Shown one piece after another: positions 24,110 to 36,912 of a stretch of DNA of 64,000 nt. A program made the translations under genes and the position numbers. A model generated the notes under the pieces. It searched no databases. It saw only the letters and a program-made list of their open reading frames with translations, and had not been told where the DNA came from. The DNA comes from Octopus vulgaris (lineage: Eukaryota), in the NCBI GenBank assembly GCA_951406725.2, contig OX597814.1, forward strand, positions 83,638,001 through 83,702,000, in the 5' to 3' direction. Numbering within the stretch: the first letter of the stretch is position 1; every line of letters starts with the position of its first letter.

Positions 24110-27100
24110 AACTAATTCATCATATTATTAAAGTCCTTCTCTTAAAACAATTTAGAAAATATATCATTTTACTGGGATCATGATTCAAAGGAAGAAAGCT
24201 GATAGAAATATCATTTATACTCTATTTAAGTTGTATTATGAAATGTGTTTTATCGAGTTCTCTTATGAAACAATCAGTGAAGTTGCATTTCTGATGAAAA
24301 AATTTCTATTCTTTTCTCATTTACTAATAATTTTAGCTTGAAATTGGAGTTTGTTTTTTCAAGCTGTTCTTAACAACTTAAGAACTAAATATTGTGTGTT
24401 CAAGATTGAATATTGTCTTCCTCATTACTTAACTCTAACAGTGTCCTGCTCTAAGGTTTCCTTATCCACATTGTGTTCATTGTACTCTTCTGATACTAAG
24501 CAGAGTGGGGTTGTAGGGTCTGATATTTCTGCATTTCTTATTCTTGATTGGTGTAACTTAGTCTGTTTTGTGCATGGTCAGCACATTCTCAGCACATTTA
24601 TCTTCTGCCTTGACCCATTTCTCTCGTTATTTTATCAGTTGCCTTTATATCTGGTACCTGTCATAATCATGTGTGATACTTTCAACGATAGTTCATTCAA
24701 TATTTATTAATTTCTAATTCATAACAAGCTGCCAATAAATTAAAATCTTGCACTCTCACTAAGTCCCCACTGACTATTTCTAATATTCCTGAAAACCTCT
24801 AACATTGAAGCTGACTGAATAACATATTTCTCCTACTTTCTTCCATCATTTCTCAGTTTTCTGCACATTTTCCACTTGGTTTCACATGTTGTAAATTAAT
24901 GTAATAAGTTGATTGTATATATTTTTTTGAGTATTTTTAATGATGAATGACCAAAAATAATATATAGTATTTAAAAATGAATAAAAATTTATTTTCACCA
25001 TTTAATGAAAAACAATATATCATTTAACAGTGTGTGTGTTTTTGCCTGTTATAGCCTTGTATCAAAGTTGAGATTTTGTGATCCAAATTCTGGAAAATGT
25101 TAACATATAGATTTTCAGTTCATCTTGAGATTATATTTTCATAAAAGTTTAGACTGTTAAAACTGTCAGTTTGAAGAAAACTCATACATGTATGTTTATT
25201 TAGAAATGGAAAAATTATCATTGTAGCCTTGAGCCATGGGTGCACACATAAAGCTGGCATATTGCTGTTGATCTAATAAATAGCATTAAGCAGATGTGAT
25301 ATAAATCTACTTTTGCATAAGATACTAGTCTATTTAACGTTCCCAAGTCTGATAACACATAACACTGAACAAAAACAGAATTAAATATTTTAGATGATAT
25401 ATGTTTGTAAAGAACATGGTATAATTCAGAATACCTGAAGCGTATATCATTTAGATAACTAGTTTATTACCTGGCTAACATATATGCAAATATTATATAT
25501 ACATTTGAACAGCTATTAATGTTATATCCTTATATAAACTACTGTATATAATATATATATATATATATATATAATATATTTGGTGAAGCAAACAGGAAAA
25601 ATGGAACTCAAAATATAAGTTTGTATTTTTTTATTAATATTTAGCAGAAGCAACAGAGTGACTCAAGATCCAAGAGTTTCATGTACTGACACATCAAATA
25701 TGTATATAAAATGATTTAGATTCAAAGTAATATATTTCTAATGAGGAACAATTATCCTGAAATAGATATGCAAGAGATTCCTAATTGTTTTTCTGTTTAC
25801 TTAAGAGAACAATAGGATATTTTCACATTTCGATCTCCACAGCCAAGGTATTATGTTTTAGATCTTTTAAATATTTCAGATTTAAACTAATAATGGTCAA
25901 TGAACTTCTAGCTCAAATTTATCATATATTGACTTAGTAAAATAATCCATAAACTAAGGGCCCTCCTAGCAGTGTTTTCATTTTGGTCTTTTATACCCTA
26001 ATGAAAATTGAGACTGCATTTTCTGCCATAAACACTTCAGTCTTCATAATTAGCCTCTCCTAACTTGAAAAAAATTATTAAACCAAAATACTATTTTAAT
26101 AAAAATTGCCATAGCTGAATAATTAGAATGTCAGCAGGAAGGTTAATATTTCTTATTCAGTCACCGCCACTGTGCTGAATCCTTAACCAAACCCTTGACT
26201 CTCCTAATACCTTGTTCACTTAGTTGTTAACAGATACCAGGGTGAAGTGGGAGTACAGCAGAGTCAAGTCAGGTCACTGGTAAGTTTTATTAGTTTGCAG
26301 TGGTAATTTCATAAATTTCAACTGACTGCTTCTTAATGTTTCATCTAATGTGGAAAACAGTTGTTTTGCAACTTCTTAATAATCTGTGACAAAACTCTCC
26401 TTAACCTTTTCTTACAACATAGTATAATATTTCTCAGTAATAGATGATGTGCACAATATTTTGTGTAGTGACGTTTACTGTTTAAATTAAGTTCAGTCGC
26501 AAATACTCACCAGATATTCCCCACTTATATGCTGATTAAAATGAATAACTAGATTTCATTCCAAGCACCATTTTGTTGTTCATGTTTGAGACACCACTTG
26601 CAATATTTAATTTGGAGATCTCACTTATCTTAACTCATAAATTTACTATATCTTCTTTATATCTCAATTATTATTTTGAAATCTTTGCTGTCTTCCCTGG
26701 GCAAATTATTTATTTATTCACAGTATGATTGTTGGTATATTGTTCCAATCTTCTATTTTAATATTGTCATTTATGAATTATCATTAATCTGAGTGAAATG
26801 GGCAGTATGTCAGCAAATTTTTTAGGGTGCTGTACTAAATATTTTACAATATTTAGTTTTCTCCCTTATGTTCTTGGTATCAAATTGTGCCAGGTTCATC
26901 TTTGCTTTCTATCTTTCCAGAGTTGTTAAAATTATATGAGATTAAGCTATGTCCTAAAACTTTGTGGCCATGTCCCACTAAAAGAAATCAGTATGTTCAA
27001 AGTAAGAAATGTATCCATGTTTTTATAATTATTTTTTTTTTCATTGTTTTACTGATGTTGACATGTTTAAAAATAGTTATCCACAAAAGTTTGCTCAGAC

Positions 27101-28272
27101 AACACTGCCTTCATTGAAATTGATTTTTTTTCTTTTTATTTCTCACCTATATTATATCTCACTTCTAGAGAAAGCTATTTTAAAATATCATTTTTGAAAA
27201 AATTATTTTTATTTCTGAATTTTAATGAAATAAATTACTTCTTTATTCTAAATATTCAGTTATGTTTTTCAAAATTCAAATCATAAAAGAAACTGAAATA
27301 AAAGTTGGCTTTGTTTTCTGGTTTGTTGATGCAATCAACAAAGAGTTTGAAGTTCACAAGATCTGTAGAGATCTATTCTGACATTGCTTACTTATGGTGA
27401 ATACCTTTTCATGTTTAAGCCTTCTTTATTTATAATCATTATCATCATTGTTTAACATCTTTATTTGTTGACATGGGTAAGACAGTTTGACAAGGAATCA
27501 GTGGGCTACAGGGCTGCATCAAACTCCAATGTCATCTTTAGCATGGTTTCTACAGCTTGATGCCCTTCCTAATGCTAACCAATTAAGAGTGCACAGGGTG
27601 CTTTTTTTCATGCCACCAGCATTAGTGAGGTTACCGTGTGACTTGTAAGACAAAAAAGAACAAAAGGAAAGGAAGGAAAAAGCTTCCACTACTAAAAGGA
27701 AATATTTGGGAGGGCAAGGTGGATGTATAACAGTTGTTGAATTTGATAGCAAGTATGATAGAGGGACAAGCACAGATGTTTTGCTATAGAGATATATGGC
27801 TGAAGGAGGTAAGAGGAAGGTAGTTATGGGGTGCTAAAGTAAACTCAAGGAGCAAGAAGGTGAGTATAAAAGAGGACAAGGACCATGGATCATTGGAAGG
27901 AATGAAAGAGAGGATGCTTTCAAAAGAGTACCAGATAGAGGCAGAGGTTTGTATAGTGCATGATAAACAAGGGTGGGGGTGCAGATGGTGGGAAATACCA
28001 GTATGCAGAGGTGTAAAGTAGAAGATAAAGGAGTGGCTCAGAAAGGAAAACAGAACGAAGCAGTAGATCAAGGTGGAGATACATAAGGGACTATAGTAGG
28101 TGGGTGTTGGGAAATAACAGGCAGTGGGTAAAGGCACAGAAAGGTGGTAATTGATTGAAAAAGTGAGAACAGGAATGAGGAATCTAAGCAGTTCAATGGG
28201 GTGCAGAGACCATTTACGAGGGTATGGGTGTAACATGAGTGACATTCCTTGCAGGTGAGTATAACAAATATT

Positions 28273-28485
28273 CTTTTCTACTCAAGGCACAAGGCCTAAA
28301 ATTTTTGTGGAAGGGGCCAGTTGATTAGATCGACCCCAGTAAGCAACGGGTACTTAATTTATCAACCTTGAAAGGATGAAAAGCAAAGTTGACCTCGGTG
28401 GAATTTGAACTCAGAACATAAAGACAGACGAAATACCAATAAGCATTTCACCCAGCATGCTAACGTTTCTGTTAGCTCACCACCT
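28273..28485 (-). mobile_element. SINE family 1 copy with 17-bp TSD
   Basis: Reverse homology. TSD tgagtataacaaatatt at 28256-28272 and 28486-28502. Confidence 0.85.
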
Positions 28486-28661
28486 TGAGTATAACAAATA
28501 TTGATAATGAAGATATCTTCACAAGACAAAATGGACAAGTAATGTCTGCAAAGATGATCATATATGTACAAAATATTTATAATCTTGTGATGTGTCTTTA
28601 ATTTTCATTTCCCAAGACTATTGTAGAAGACATTAGTTTCAGATTTGTCAGTTTTGATGTA

Positions 28662-29659
28662 CAGGATGTCCACAAAAAGACTGTAATAATTTTTCACTGA
28701 TAGTTGCTTCAGAAGCAGGATTTCATCCAGTTACCTATGGTAGAGAGTAGCATTAAAGGCACTCAATGTGGACCCATCTGGTTGCTTGAAAAACATCGAT
28801 GTGATAGTCCAGTTTGGTGCAGATGCTCAGTAGCATATCTGGAGTTACACTGCAAACTGCTTCAGTGATTGAAATTTTCAGCTCCTCCAGGATTGCAGGT
28901 AGTGGTGGTACATAAACTGTACTCTTCACATACCCCCAAAGAAAGAAGTCACAGTTCCGGTGATCTCACAGGCCACTTGCAGAACACCTGATCATCTTGT
29001 CCAGCACAACCAATTCATCTGTTTGGTAATTGTTCAGTGAGAAATTTCCTGACAGCAGATTATAATTATCTTCCATTAATTGCAGGATAATGTCACAAAA
29101 TTCAAATCACATTCTATTATCTTTCCAGTGAAGTTTTGGACTAATTGCAACTTGTAAGGGTGAAACTTTAGGTGTTTGTGAAGGATCTTGCAAGCTGTGC
29201 TTTTGGAGAGGTGTAACTCTCGGCTAGCTTTTCGTATTGATTTTTTGAGGCTGTGCACGAATTTTCTGCTAACTCCATCAATAACTTACTCTGAGACTGA
29301 TGGTCGACCACAATGTCCCTTTCTCTGATCCCAGATACACCCTTTCTGACTAAAATACCATTTCCAAATGGACTTGGGTGTAGGTGGAATCATATGATAC
29401 TTGAGTCTGAAAGCATGTTGCACGGCCACAATACTATTTGATCTTGCAAATTCCAGTACACACCATCTGCATTGCTGTGGGGTGGCAGCCATTTTTAGAT
29501 CTTGCACCTCTGTGGTTTTCAGGTCAAAGATGTCTAATCACTTGAAAAAAATGAAATAACTTGTCAGAGAATCATTTTATAACATGTTTATCAACACATT
29601 TGAATTGGTTTAAATATAATCACACTGTGAAATCAGGGAGTGTTTTTGTAGACACCCTA
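28662..29659 (-). mobile_element. Tc1/mariner-superfamily DNA transposon relic (internally deleted)
   Basis: Imperfect TIRs caggatgtccacaaaaagact / agtgtttttgtagacacccta with TA flanks. Transposase remnants VQHAFRLKY..PPTPKSIWKW, KSIRKASREL..LKFHPYKLQLVQ, CDFFLWGYVKSTVY..LEELK. Confidence 0.85.
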
Positions 29660-30239
29660 TATAAAAATAGCCTCGAGATGAACTGGCAATGGAATTTGAT
29701 AACTATATGGTCTATAGATATCTAAGGATGTAAAAGAAATAAAAAAAGAAAACTTTACATATTTTAAATGGTTTGGAAGATAATAAAGTTATATGCAGTG
29801 TTAGTTGGTGGGAGCTCTGACTTGGCCACTTGATGTTGACATCTGGGCTGAGAAACAAGTTTCACTTTGCTGGAAATATTATGTTCGTCCAATTACATGC
29901 CTATATCTTACTTCAAACAATAGACAATAAAAGAAATTTAATTAATAAATTCAAAGAAGTCAAGTATTATATACTAAAAAGTTTCCTTCATCTGTGGCTC
30001 CGACTCAGATGTTTAATCACCTATTATTATGTTTATGGCCTTCTCAGATCGATATAACTTTGGCCACTTATGCTACTTAGAAATAGTGACAACAATGAAG
30101 GCATGCATGGTAAACCCTGGGAAGATTTTTTTAAATGTTCCTAAATAAAAGTAATAGAATAGAACTATGTTTAAATCTGTGATTGTTTCAATGCTCTGAA
30201 CTACACACAAGTTCCAAATTCTTTTATCTTGCCTCATTT

Positions 30240-30962
30240 CTTTACTGAAGAAATCAGATATATCCACTCAAAATTTCATAACCCTTAACTATAGAAAACA
30301 GTTTTATATATCAATCCATCTTTTGTTGAAGAATGTCATGTTTGAAACTATTTTTTGTTGAGATATGTCAAGTATATTGAGACAACTTTACTTGCAGAAA
30401 ATACCAATTCAATTTTTTCTTATTTTTTTTGTTGGTAGACATTTGACATCGCTGACATGGCCAATGACTGCCACCCGTGCCAGTGGAACATTAAAGCACC
30501 ACCCGAGTGTGATCGTTGCCAGGACTGCTGACTGGCTCCTGTGCCGGTGGCACATAAAAAGCACCATTCAAGTGTGATCATTACCAGCATCGCTTTACTG
30601 GCACTTGTGCTGGTGGAACATGGTAAACAACATTCAAGCGAGGTCATTGCCAGTGCCGCTGGACTGGCTCCTGTGCAGGTGGCACATAAAAAACACCATT
30701 CAAGCGTGGCTGTTGCCAGTACCACCTGACTGGCCCTCATGCCAGTGGCATGTAAAAGCACCCTCTACACTCTCGGAGTGGTTGGCGTTAGGAAGAACAT
30801 CCAGCTGTAGAAACTCAGCCAGATCAGGTTGGAGCCAGGTGCAGCCATCTGGCTTGCCAGTCCTCAATCAAACCGGCCATGCCAGCATGGAAAGCAGACG
30901 TTAAACGATGATGATGATGACTGGAATAGCCATGAAATTTCATTTCACAGTTAAAGGGTTAA
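30240..30962 (-). mobile_element. piggyBac-type MITE (reverse copy of 45728-45972) interrupted by a SINE-like insert
   Basis: 30240-30450 and 30920-30962 align with the reverse complement of 45728-45972. Ends cacagttaaagggTTAA. Confidence 0.65.
30451..30920 (+). mobile_element. SINE-like element with internal ~60-bp tandem repeats and RTE-type (GAT)n tail
   Basis: About 5 units of tgccagt..actggctcctgtgc.ggtggcacataaaaa.caccattcaag, then ggttggcgttaggaag..catccagctgtagaaac..gccagcatggaa..gttaaacgatgatgat. Related copies at ~27440-27640, 37720-37895, 43610-43800 and 44025-44160. Confidence 0.7.
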
Positions 30963-31630
30963 ACAAAATAAAACATACGCACTACAGATGGCAATTTTTT
31001 TCAGTGAAGTAGCTAATTAAAATGCTAGTACAACTTCATCAATAAAGCAAAAATATAGCATAATAAATTGTATAGAAACATGAATGGCCATGTGACTCAG
31101 AGGTTCACTTTGCAAATGTGATTCTAGATTTGATCCTACTGCAGAGCATTTTGAGCAAGTCTCTCTTTCTAAAGCCTTGCATCAACCAATAGCTTTTGAG
31201 CAGAATTAGGTAGACAGAAACTGTGCAAAAGCTCATCATATGTGTGCATGTTTATGTCTAAAAACAAGTATTATATATACTGTGTCCCTAACTTCACAAT
31301 ATATCAAATAAAAAATCATTTCACAGTTAAAGGGTTAAACAAAATAAAACATACGCACTACAGGTGGCAATTTTTTTCAGTGAAGTAGCTAATTAAAATG
31401 CTAGTACAACTTCATCAATAAAGCAAAAACTTAACTGTGAAATGAAATTTCATGGCTATTCCAGTCATCATCATGATTGATTGAGGACTGTGTTGGGTCC
31501 AGAATAATTCATTAAAATCCTTAAAAGGGGTCAGTGACTGAAACAAGTAAAAGAATAAAACTTATTCATCATCACATTTTCTTAATATTGAAGAAAAACA
31601 ATCAGTAACACATAAACAATCAACAAGACA

Positions 31631-31858
31631 TTAATCATTTAGCATTTAAACTGACCATATCTGGCCAAAATACTCTACCTGCATTATATTCAAACTGGCC
31701 AGATGTGGCCTCTTACACCTATCCTACAATAGTATTCTAAAAATTAACAGTTACCTCATCAAAATCTCAAAGATACAAGATAATGCATGATTAATTCAAA
31801 ACAATATGACTAGATAAACATTACTTTTGATGGAATAATGTGAATGCTGAAGGGTTAA
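31631..31858. mobile_element. piggyBac-type MITE
   Basis: TTAA at both ends; degenerate TIRs tcatttagcatt / aatgctgaaggg. Confidence 0.55.
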
Positions 31859-33238
31859 TTTCTGTAATGGCTCAATAATCCCCAAAAATGCAATTATATC
31901 TGTTGCTATTCTGTTTTTTGATTTTTTGTACATTTATTTTTCAATGCCTGTATGAAAGGAATTGTTTGTTAAAACGATCATTTGTAGAGCTAAATGACTT
32001 TCCAAATGCTAATTATTCAACAACTCTGAAGAGTGGAGCCTGTTTTTTTTTATGCAGTCAGGCTAACAAACATGAGAATATAATTAGATGTCAATATGAG
32101 AGGGGTGTATGAAAAGTCTTGAACCTCAAAAAACAAAATAAAACATGGCACAAGACTTCAAGGTTCAAAGGCCTTGAAGGCTCAAAACTTTTCATACACC
32201 CTTCGTATATATTATTAAAACAATATTTAGCTATATTTATAAATGCTGCATCAACATTTCTGGTGGTGATCTATCTCCTAGTTGAATTATACTACTTTGA
32301 GATATGAAATACTTAAAGATTTTAGCAGTGAAGTAGTTCACAACCATGTAGTTCTGGGTCTAAGTCTACGAAGAAGCATCTCAGGCAAGTATTTCACTAT
32401 AAGCTTTAAGTTGAACAATGCCTTATGACTGGAATTTTTACAGACAGAAACTGTACAGAAAAATGTCAAGTGTGTGTATATGTGCATGTTTGCGTGTGTG
32501 TTGAATATGCATTTTAAAACACAGATTTACAAAAATGTAACATGGCAATTCAACAAAGGCTGAAATACATACTAAGATTGTTGTCATCAAGAAAATCTTT
32601 GAAAACGCTTTGTCATAACCTCAGTTTAATGAATAAAGTAATAAAATAATTTGTTGTTTAGCAGTCCTGACTAAGTAACTATCATCAAAGTTGTAAGATG
32701 GTATGGTGAAATAAGAGAGATTTGGCAGCAAGTTTAGTCAAGTGACCATGTAGAAGCTTACTTGTTGGCTCATTCTCTGAATTATAAATCAACACAAGAT
32801 AAAATGGGTGTTACAAAGATTTAATAAATATGATTTATGCATATATAGTTTTCTGATGTATTGACAAAATAAATCTTTATTACCAAAAAATAATTTAATC
32901 AGTCATAAAAATGTTACGAAAATGAAAGAGTTTATGATACAATTCAATTTAAAAAAATATTAAAGCTCAAATTAAAAATGAGCAAAATCAATGCAGCTGA
33001 AAGTCTCAAATTTCAGAGTAAGAACATGCTACAATAGATATTAGTTATTAAAAATAAGGCAATTACATGTTCATTTTCCTGGAGTTTTCTCAGTTCTGCA
33101 AATATCAATTTTAAAATGAAAGAGAAACTGTTTCACATTTTCACTGATGATAATTTTCGCTTGTTTTGGTTATATTGCATATGAAGCGAATGTAAAAAAA
33201 AAAAATTACAAAAGCTAGCTGATATGCTTTACTGGTTG

Positions 33239-34585
33239 TCATTGATCATCCGTTTGTTCTCCCGTTAAATAAGAAATGCACGTCTTTTCTTTACCAATTA
33301 AAACTAAAGCACTACCGTCAGGATGCCATTTTAGGGTGTTCACTTGAAACATGGCATCTATGGGGATCTCTGCACTCAAACAACCCGATGGAGTCCACAT
33401 ATATAACTGCTTGTTCCCTGTAGAAAGAGCCAATCGTACGGAGGTTGGATCCCAACGAACATGTTTAATAGGCGATAAATGAACGAGAATGTGAGACAAA
33501 CAGAGGTTTTTGACATCCCATATCCATAAAACACAGGGCATATTGTCATTCTTGGTGTAGAAATAACGAGAATTGCAGCTGAATTCAACCTGGCTAACTC
33601 CAAGTTCAGGGTTAGCCTTGGTCAAAGAAGGTTTGATGCTGGGAATTTCTAATGCTTCTTTCACAATATGATACTTACTTTCTTTAGAACATAGTGCCAC
33701 CATAGCACTTGATATTTCCTCAAAAGATGTCGGTAAAGGGCCCATACTAACTTCTTCTTTATATATCGTTACTTTATCTGGTTTTACCACCAATGGGTGA
33801 CCCTTCTCCATCGATGTCTTCCACGAAATATTATTCAACAAGCGAACTTTTTCGTCAAAGCTTCCGATAGCAAGAAACTGTCCTGTTGGCGACCAAGATA
33901 CACATTTTATACCCAAAGCATGTTCATAGGGGGAATATTTTCGAAGAAGATAACCATCAGCAGAATAAATTAAAATTTTGTACATGAGTAAAGAGTCCCA
34001 AACAGCTAAAATTCTGGCACTAGGTGACCATTTCAAACCACTGAGGTCATCGGTAGCACAAGAAAAGTGTTTAATTAATTCCCAAGATTTGCAAGCAAAA
34101 ATACTTATAAAATCACTGCAATCGCGGCGTTCTGCCAGCGCCATGAACAGGCCATCTTGACTGTAGTCGTACCCCTTTTCGCACTGTTTGGGGTACCGTA
34201 TATATGATATACTCTTGTTGGTAAGCGACCAAACAGTTATACGAAGATTGAAGTCAGCAGTTGTTAAGATGTGAAGTCCATCAGGACCCCAGTGAACATT
34301 TCGAAGTCCAGCAGATCCTTCATCTATTTTGCACGACCAGTCTAGATATTTCAGGGACCATACCTGCACAAGACCTCGTTTAAACATACCACAGAGAATC
34401 AAACTCGAATCTCGGGACCATTCTATGTATTGAATAAAATCCATGCAAGTGAAAAGATGCTCAATTTGTGAAGTGATAACATTGCGAATAATTAATTTGT
34501 AATGGCTACCAATAGCCAAGAATTCACCGTTCGGTGAAAATTCGCACAGTTGATTTGACTGGCGATATAATTCAGAGAAATTCAT
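33239..34585 (-). CDS. WRAP73: WD-repeat protein WRAP73 (WDR8), single-exon CDS, 448 aa
   Basis: MNFSE..LCEFSPNG, IEWS.DS..ILC, W.CKIDEGSAGL, HILTTADFNLRITVWSL, MALAERRDC, WSPTGQFLAIGSFDEKVRLLN are characteristic of WRAP73. Open frame, full length. Confidence 0.93.
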   Translation of the reverse strand: MNFSELYRQSNQLCEFSPNGEFLAIGSHYKLIIRNVITSQIEHLFTCMDFIQYIEWSRDSSLILCGMFKRGLVQVWSLKYLDWSCKIDEGSAGLRNVHWGPDGLHILTTADFNLRITVWSLTNKSISYIRYPKQCEKGYDYSQDGLFMALAERRDCSDFISIFACKSWELIKHFSCATDDLSGLKWSPSARILAVWDSLLMYKILIYSADGYLLRKYSPYEHALGIKCVSWSPTGQFLAIGSFDEKVRLLNNISWKTSMEKGHPLVVKPDKVTIYKEEVSMGPLPTSFEEISSAMVALCSKESKYHIVKEALEIPSIKPSLTKANPELGVSQVEFSCNSRYFYTKNDNMPCVLWIWDVKNLCLSHILVHLSPIKHVRWDPTSVRLALSTGNKQLYMWTPSGCLSAEIPIDAMFQVNTLKWHPDGSALVLIGKEKTCISYLTGEQTDDQ

Positions 34586-35837
34586 GCTAGATTATATGGA
34601 CTAGTCGATTAGAAACAATTATACATTTATAAAATCCGAAAGCATCACAGTTAGAGATTAGTAAACAAATACAAAAAGAAAACTTAAAGTATTTGTTTTC
34701 AATGAAAATTTCTATATTCTGAGAATGAAAAACAACAAATATCAAAGTAGAAATATTAAAAAATTCCTCAGATATCTGCAAAATATATCTCTACCGAAAT
34801 CTGATATTCAAATAGAAAGGATTTCAAATAAAAACCCAAAATGTCTGTGCTTCAGGCGATATCCACTTAATAGAATATTTCCATAAAATTCTGATTTCCT
34901 TTCAGTAAAACATTGGTATATTTCGTAGCTGTCTTGGGATATAATTAGAAGTGTGTACATACATTTTCACGGTGGCATGAATATTTTAAAAGAATGTAGA
35001 TCCAATTAATGTCGAATTCACTAACAGAAGAATTCAAGTCTATACACGAGCCTCTCCAGTCGCGCTGGCTTGTCAAAGTAATGCAGTTGAGAGTTATCCT
35101 ACTTAGTTCTTCTCTTCGTCAGAGGCTTATGTCACCGGACGTGAGTTTAGCGATATCGTTGGATTTATACTGGTTTCATAAGTCCCATTGAGGAGGGAAA
35201 TTGGATTTTTAAACATGTGCATTTTGCTCAATGATTATAGTATCATAAATAGCTTCAAGCAGAAATCAAATTTATCGCTTGCTCTAACAACCTGTGAAAA
35301 TATAGGCAACAAAGAATCGCGACAAGAAATAAACATTGTCAATAACTACTGAAGGACCTGCAGATATTAGTATAAAGTTGGTGTCGTATTTTGAAGTAAT
35401 TAACAGTTCCTGCTGAAAATAATATACTTAATTTTCCTCGATCTAAATGGTTTCGAGAAATGTTTTTCATGCGAATGAAAGCACTCAGAACTTGGTTCCC
35501 ATCGATTTACTTTCATTAACGAATACTATTTTGTATTGCTTACTTTCTTCAAACATCGGTTGATTGTTCCCGCCTTATAGCAATGGTGTGTGTGTGTGCT
35601 AAATTGTAAAATAAAATAAAAAATATACACTATTTGATACTATACATTACGTTAACAAATAATGCATATAATATTAATTAGAAGTCATTATCTTGGAAAT
35701 ATAGGTTAAATTGTGTGAAATGAATCATTAAAAATTCCATAATGACTATTTAAAGAGCAGTGAAAACAAATTGATGGAACTCGTATATTAGTATTCCCAC
35801 CTCATTTATATGTACAACAATAAAGAAGCTACTTGAT

Positions 35838-36580
35838 TTGTTTCTTTATTGCCCACAGGGGCTAACAGAGGGGACAGCACAGCCTGATCGGGGTCTGACA
35901 CACAGATGAGTATAATTAAAAATTTAAATGCGGTTACAATGAAATCGAATGAAATACAACATAAAAACAAAATTACAAACACAATGAGGTAGTAAAAACA
36001 GGTTAAGCTCCGACCCCACGAGTGCTGTTCTACTACCGGCCCCTTTCATTAAGACTTATGACATGTTCATAAGGAGTTATTCACGCACAACATCCATGCT
36101 ACATGCATCCATCTGTCTTTGAACATACTCTTCGACAAGCATCTTCTCTCCAGCCCCACTTACCTTTTCAGGTGAATGGTGAAGAACCTCACCAACCTGA
36201 GACCAGAGATGAATTTACCTGTCGCCAATCCTTTCATTCTCGACTTCCATATCACCTCTTTTGCAATTGCTACTACTATGAGAAAGCAATTCTTACCTTC
36301 TTTAGTGAGGAAATCCGGCAGGTCAGTTTTTAAAATTGACTCAGATGACACCTGTACTCTTGAATCTGACAACAGGTGTTCCACATAAGTCCACACTTCT
36401 GACACTTGCGGACACCAAACCATAGTGTACAGGACGGTTTCCCTATCCTGCTCACATCTTGGACAGGCTGAAGGACTGGGCTGGCCGTACTTGTGAGCTT
36501 ATCCCGAATGGGTAAGGCTCCTCAGTAACATTGCCAGGCCAGAGACCCTTAAAAGTTATCTAAAGTCTTTGGCATGTACC
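35838..36580 (-). mobile_element. Tx1/L1-clade LINE 3' fragment
   Basis: zf-RVT-like remnant AWQCY.GALPIRDKL..CPQVSEVWTYVEHLL..AKEVIWKSRMKGL. 3' UTR ends gtcccctctgttagcccctgtgggcaataaagaaa. Confidence 0.65.
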
Positions 36581-36701
36581 TATCCTGCTATCTTAGTTTC
36601 CTTTACAAAATATTACCTATAATCTTTCTTCTTCACTGGAACCCACTTTCTACCTAAATTTTTATTTTCTTAATGAATTTCAATGATTTAAACTGAATAT
36701 T

Positions 36702-36912
36702 GATTTTTAATTTTGGTACAAGGCCAGCAGTTTCTGGTTAGTAAGTCAGTTGCATCTAGCCCAGTGCTCAATGGTACTAATTTTATCGATCACAAAAGAA
36801 TGAAAGGCAAAATTGACATTGGCAGAATTTGAGCTCAGAACATAAAGATGAGCAAAATGTTGCTAAGCATTTTGTCTGGTGTGCTTAATATTCTGCCAGT
36901 TTGCCACCTTAC
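36702..36912 (-). mobile_element. SINE family 1 copy with 14-bp TSD
   Basis: Reverse homology. TSD ttaaactgaatatt at 36688-36701 and 36913-36926. Confidence 0.8.

Noticed and set aside
30451-30760. Repeat array superficially like a CRISPR
   Set aside because: Eukaryotic context, whole units repeat with no unique spacers, and no cas genes.
34800-35560. Possible divergent gene or 5' exon upstream of WRAP73 (GTGAGT at 35141)
   Set aside because: No supportable ORF; cannot be told apart from UTR/promoter without transcripts.
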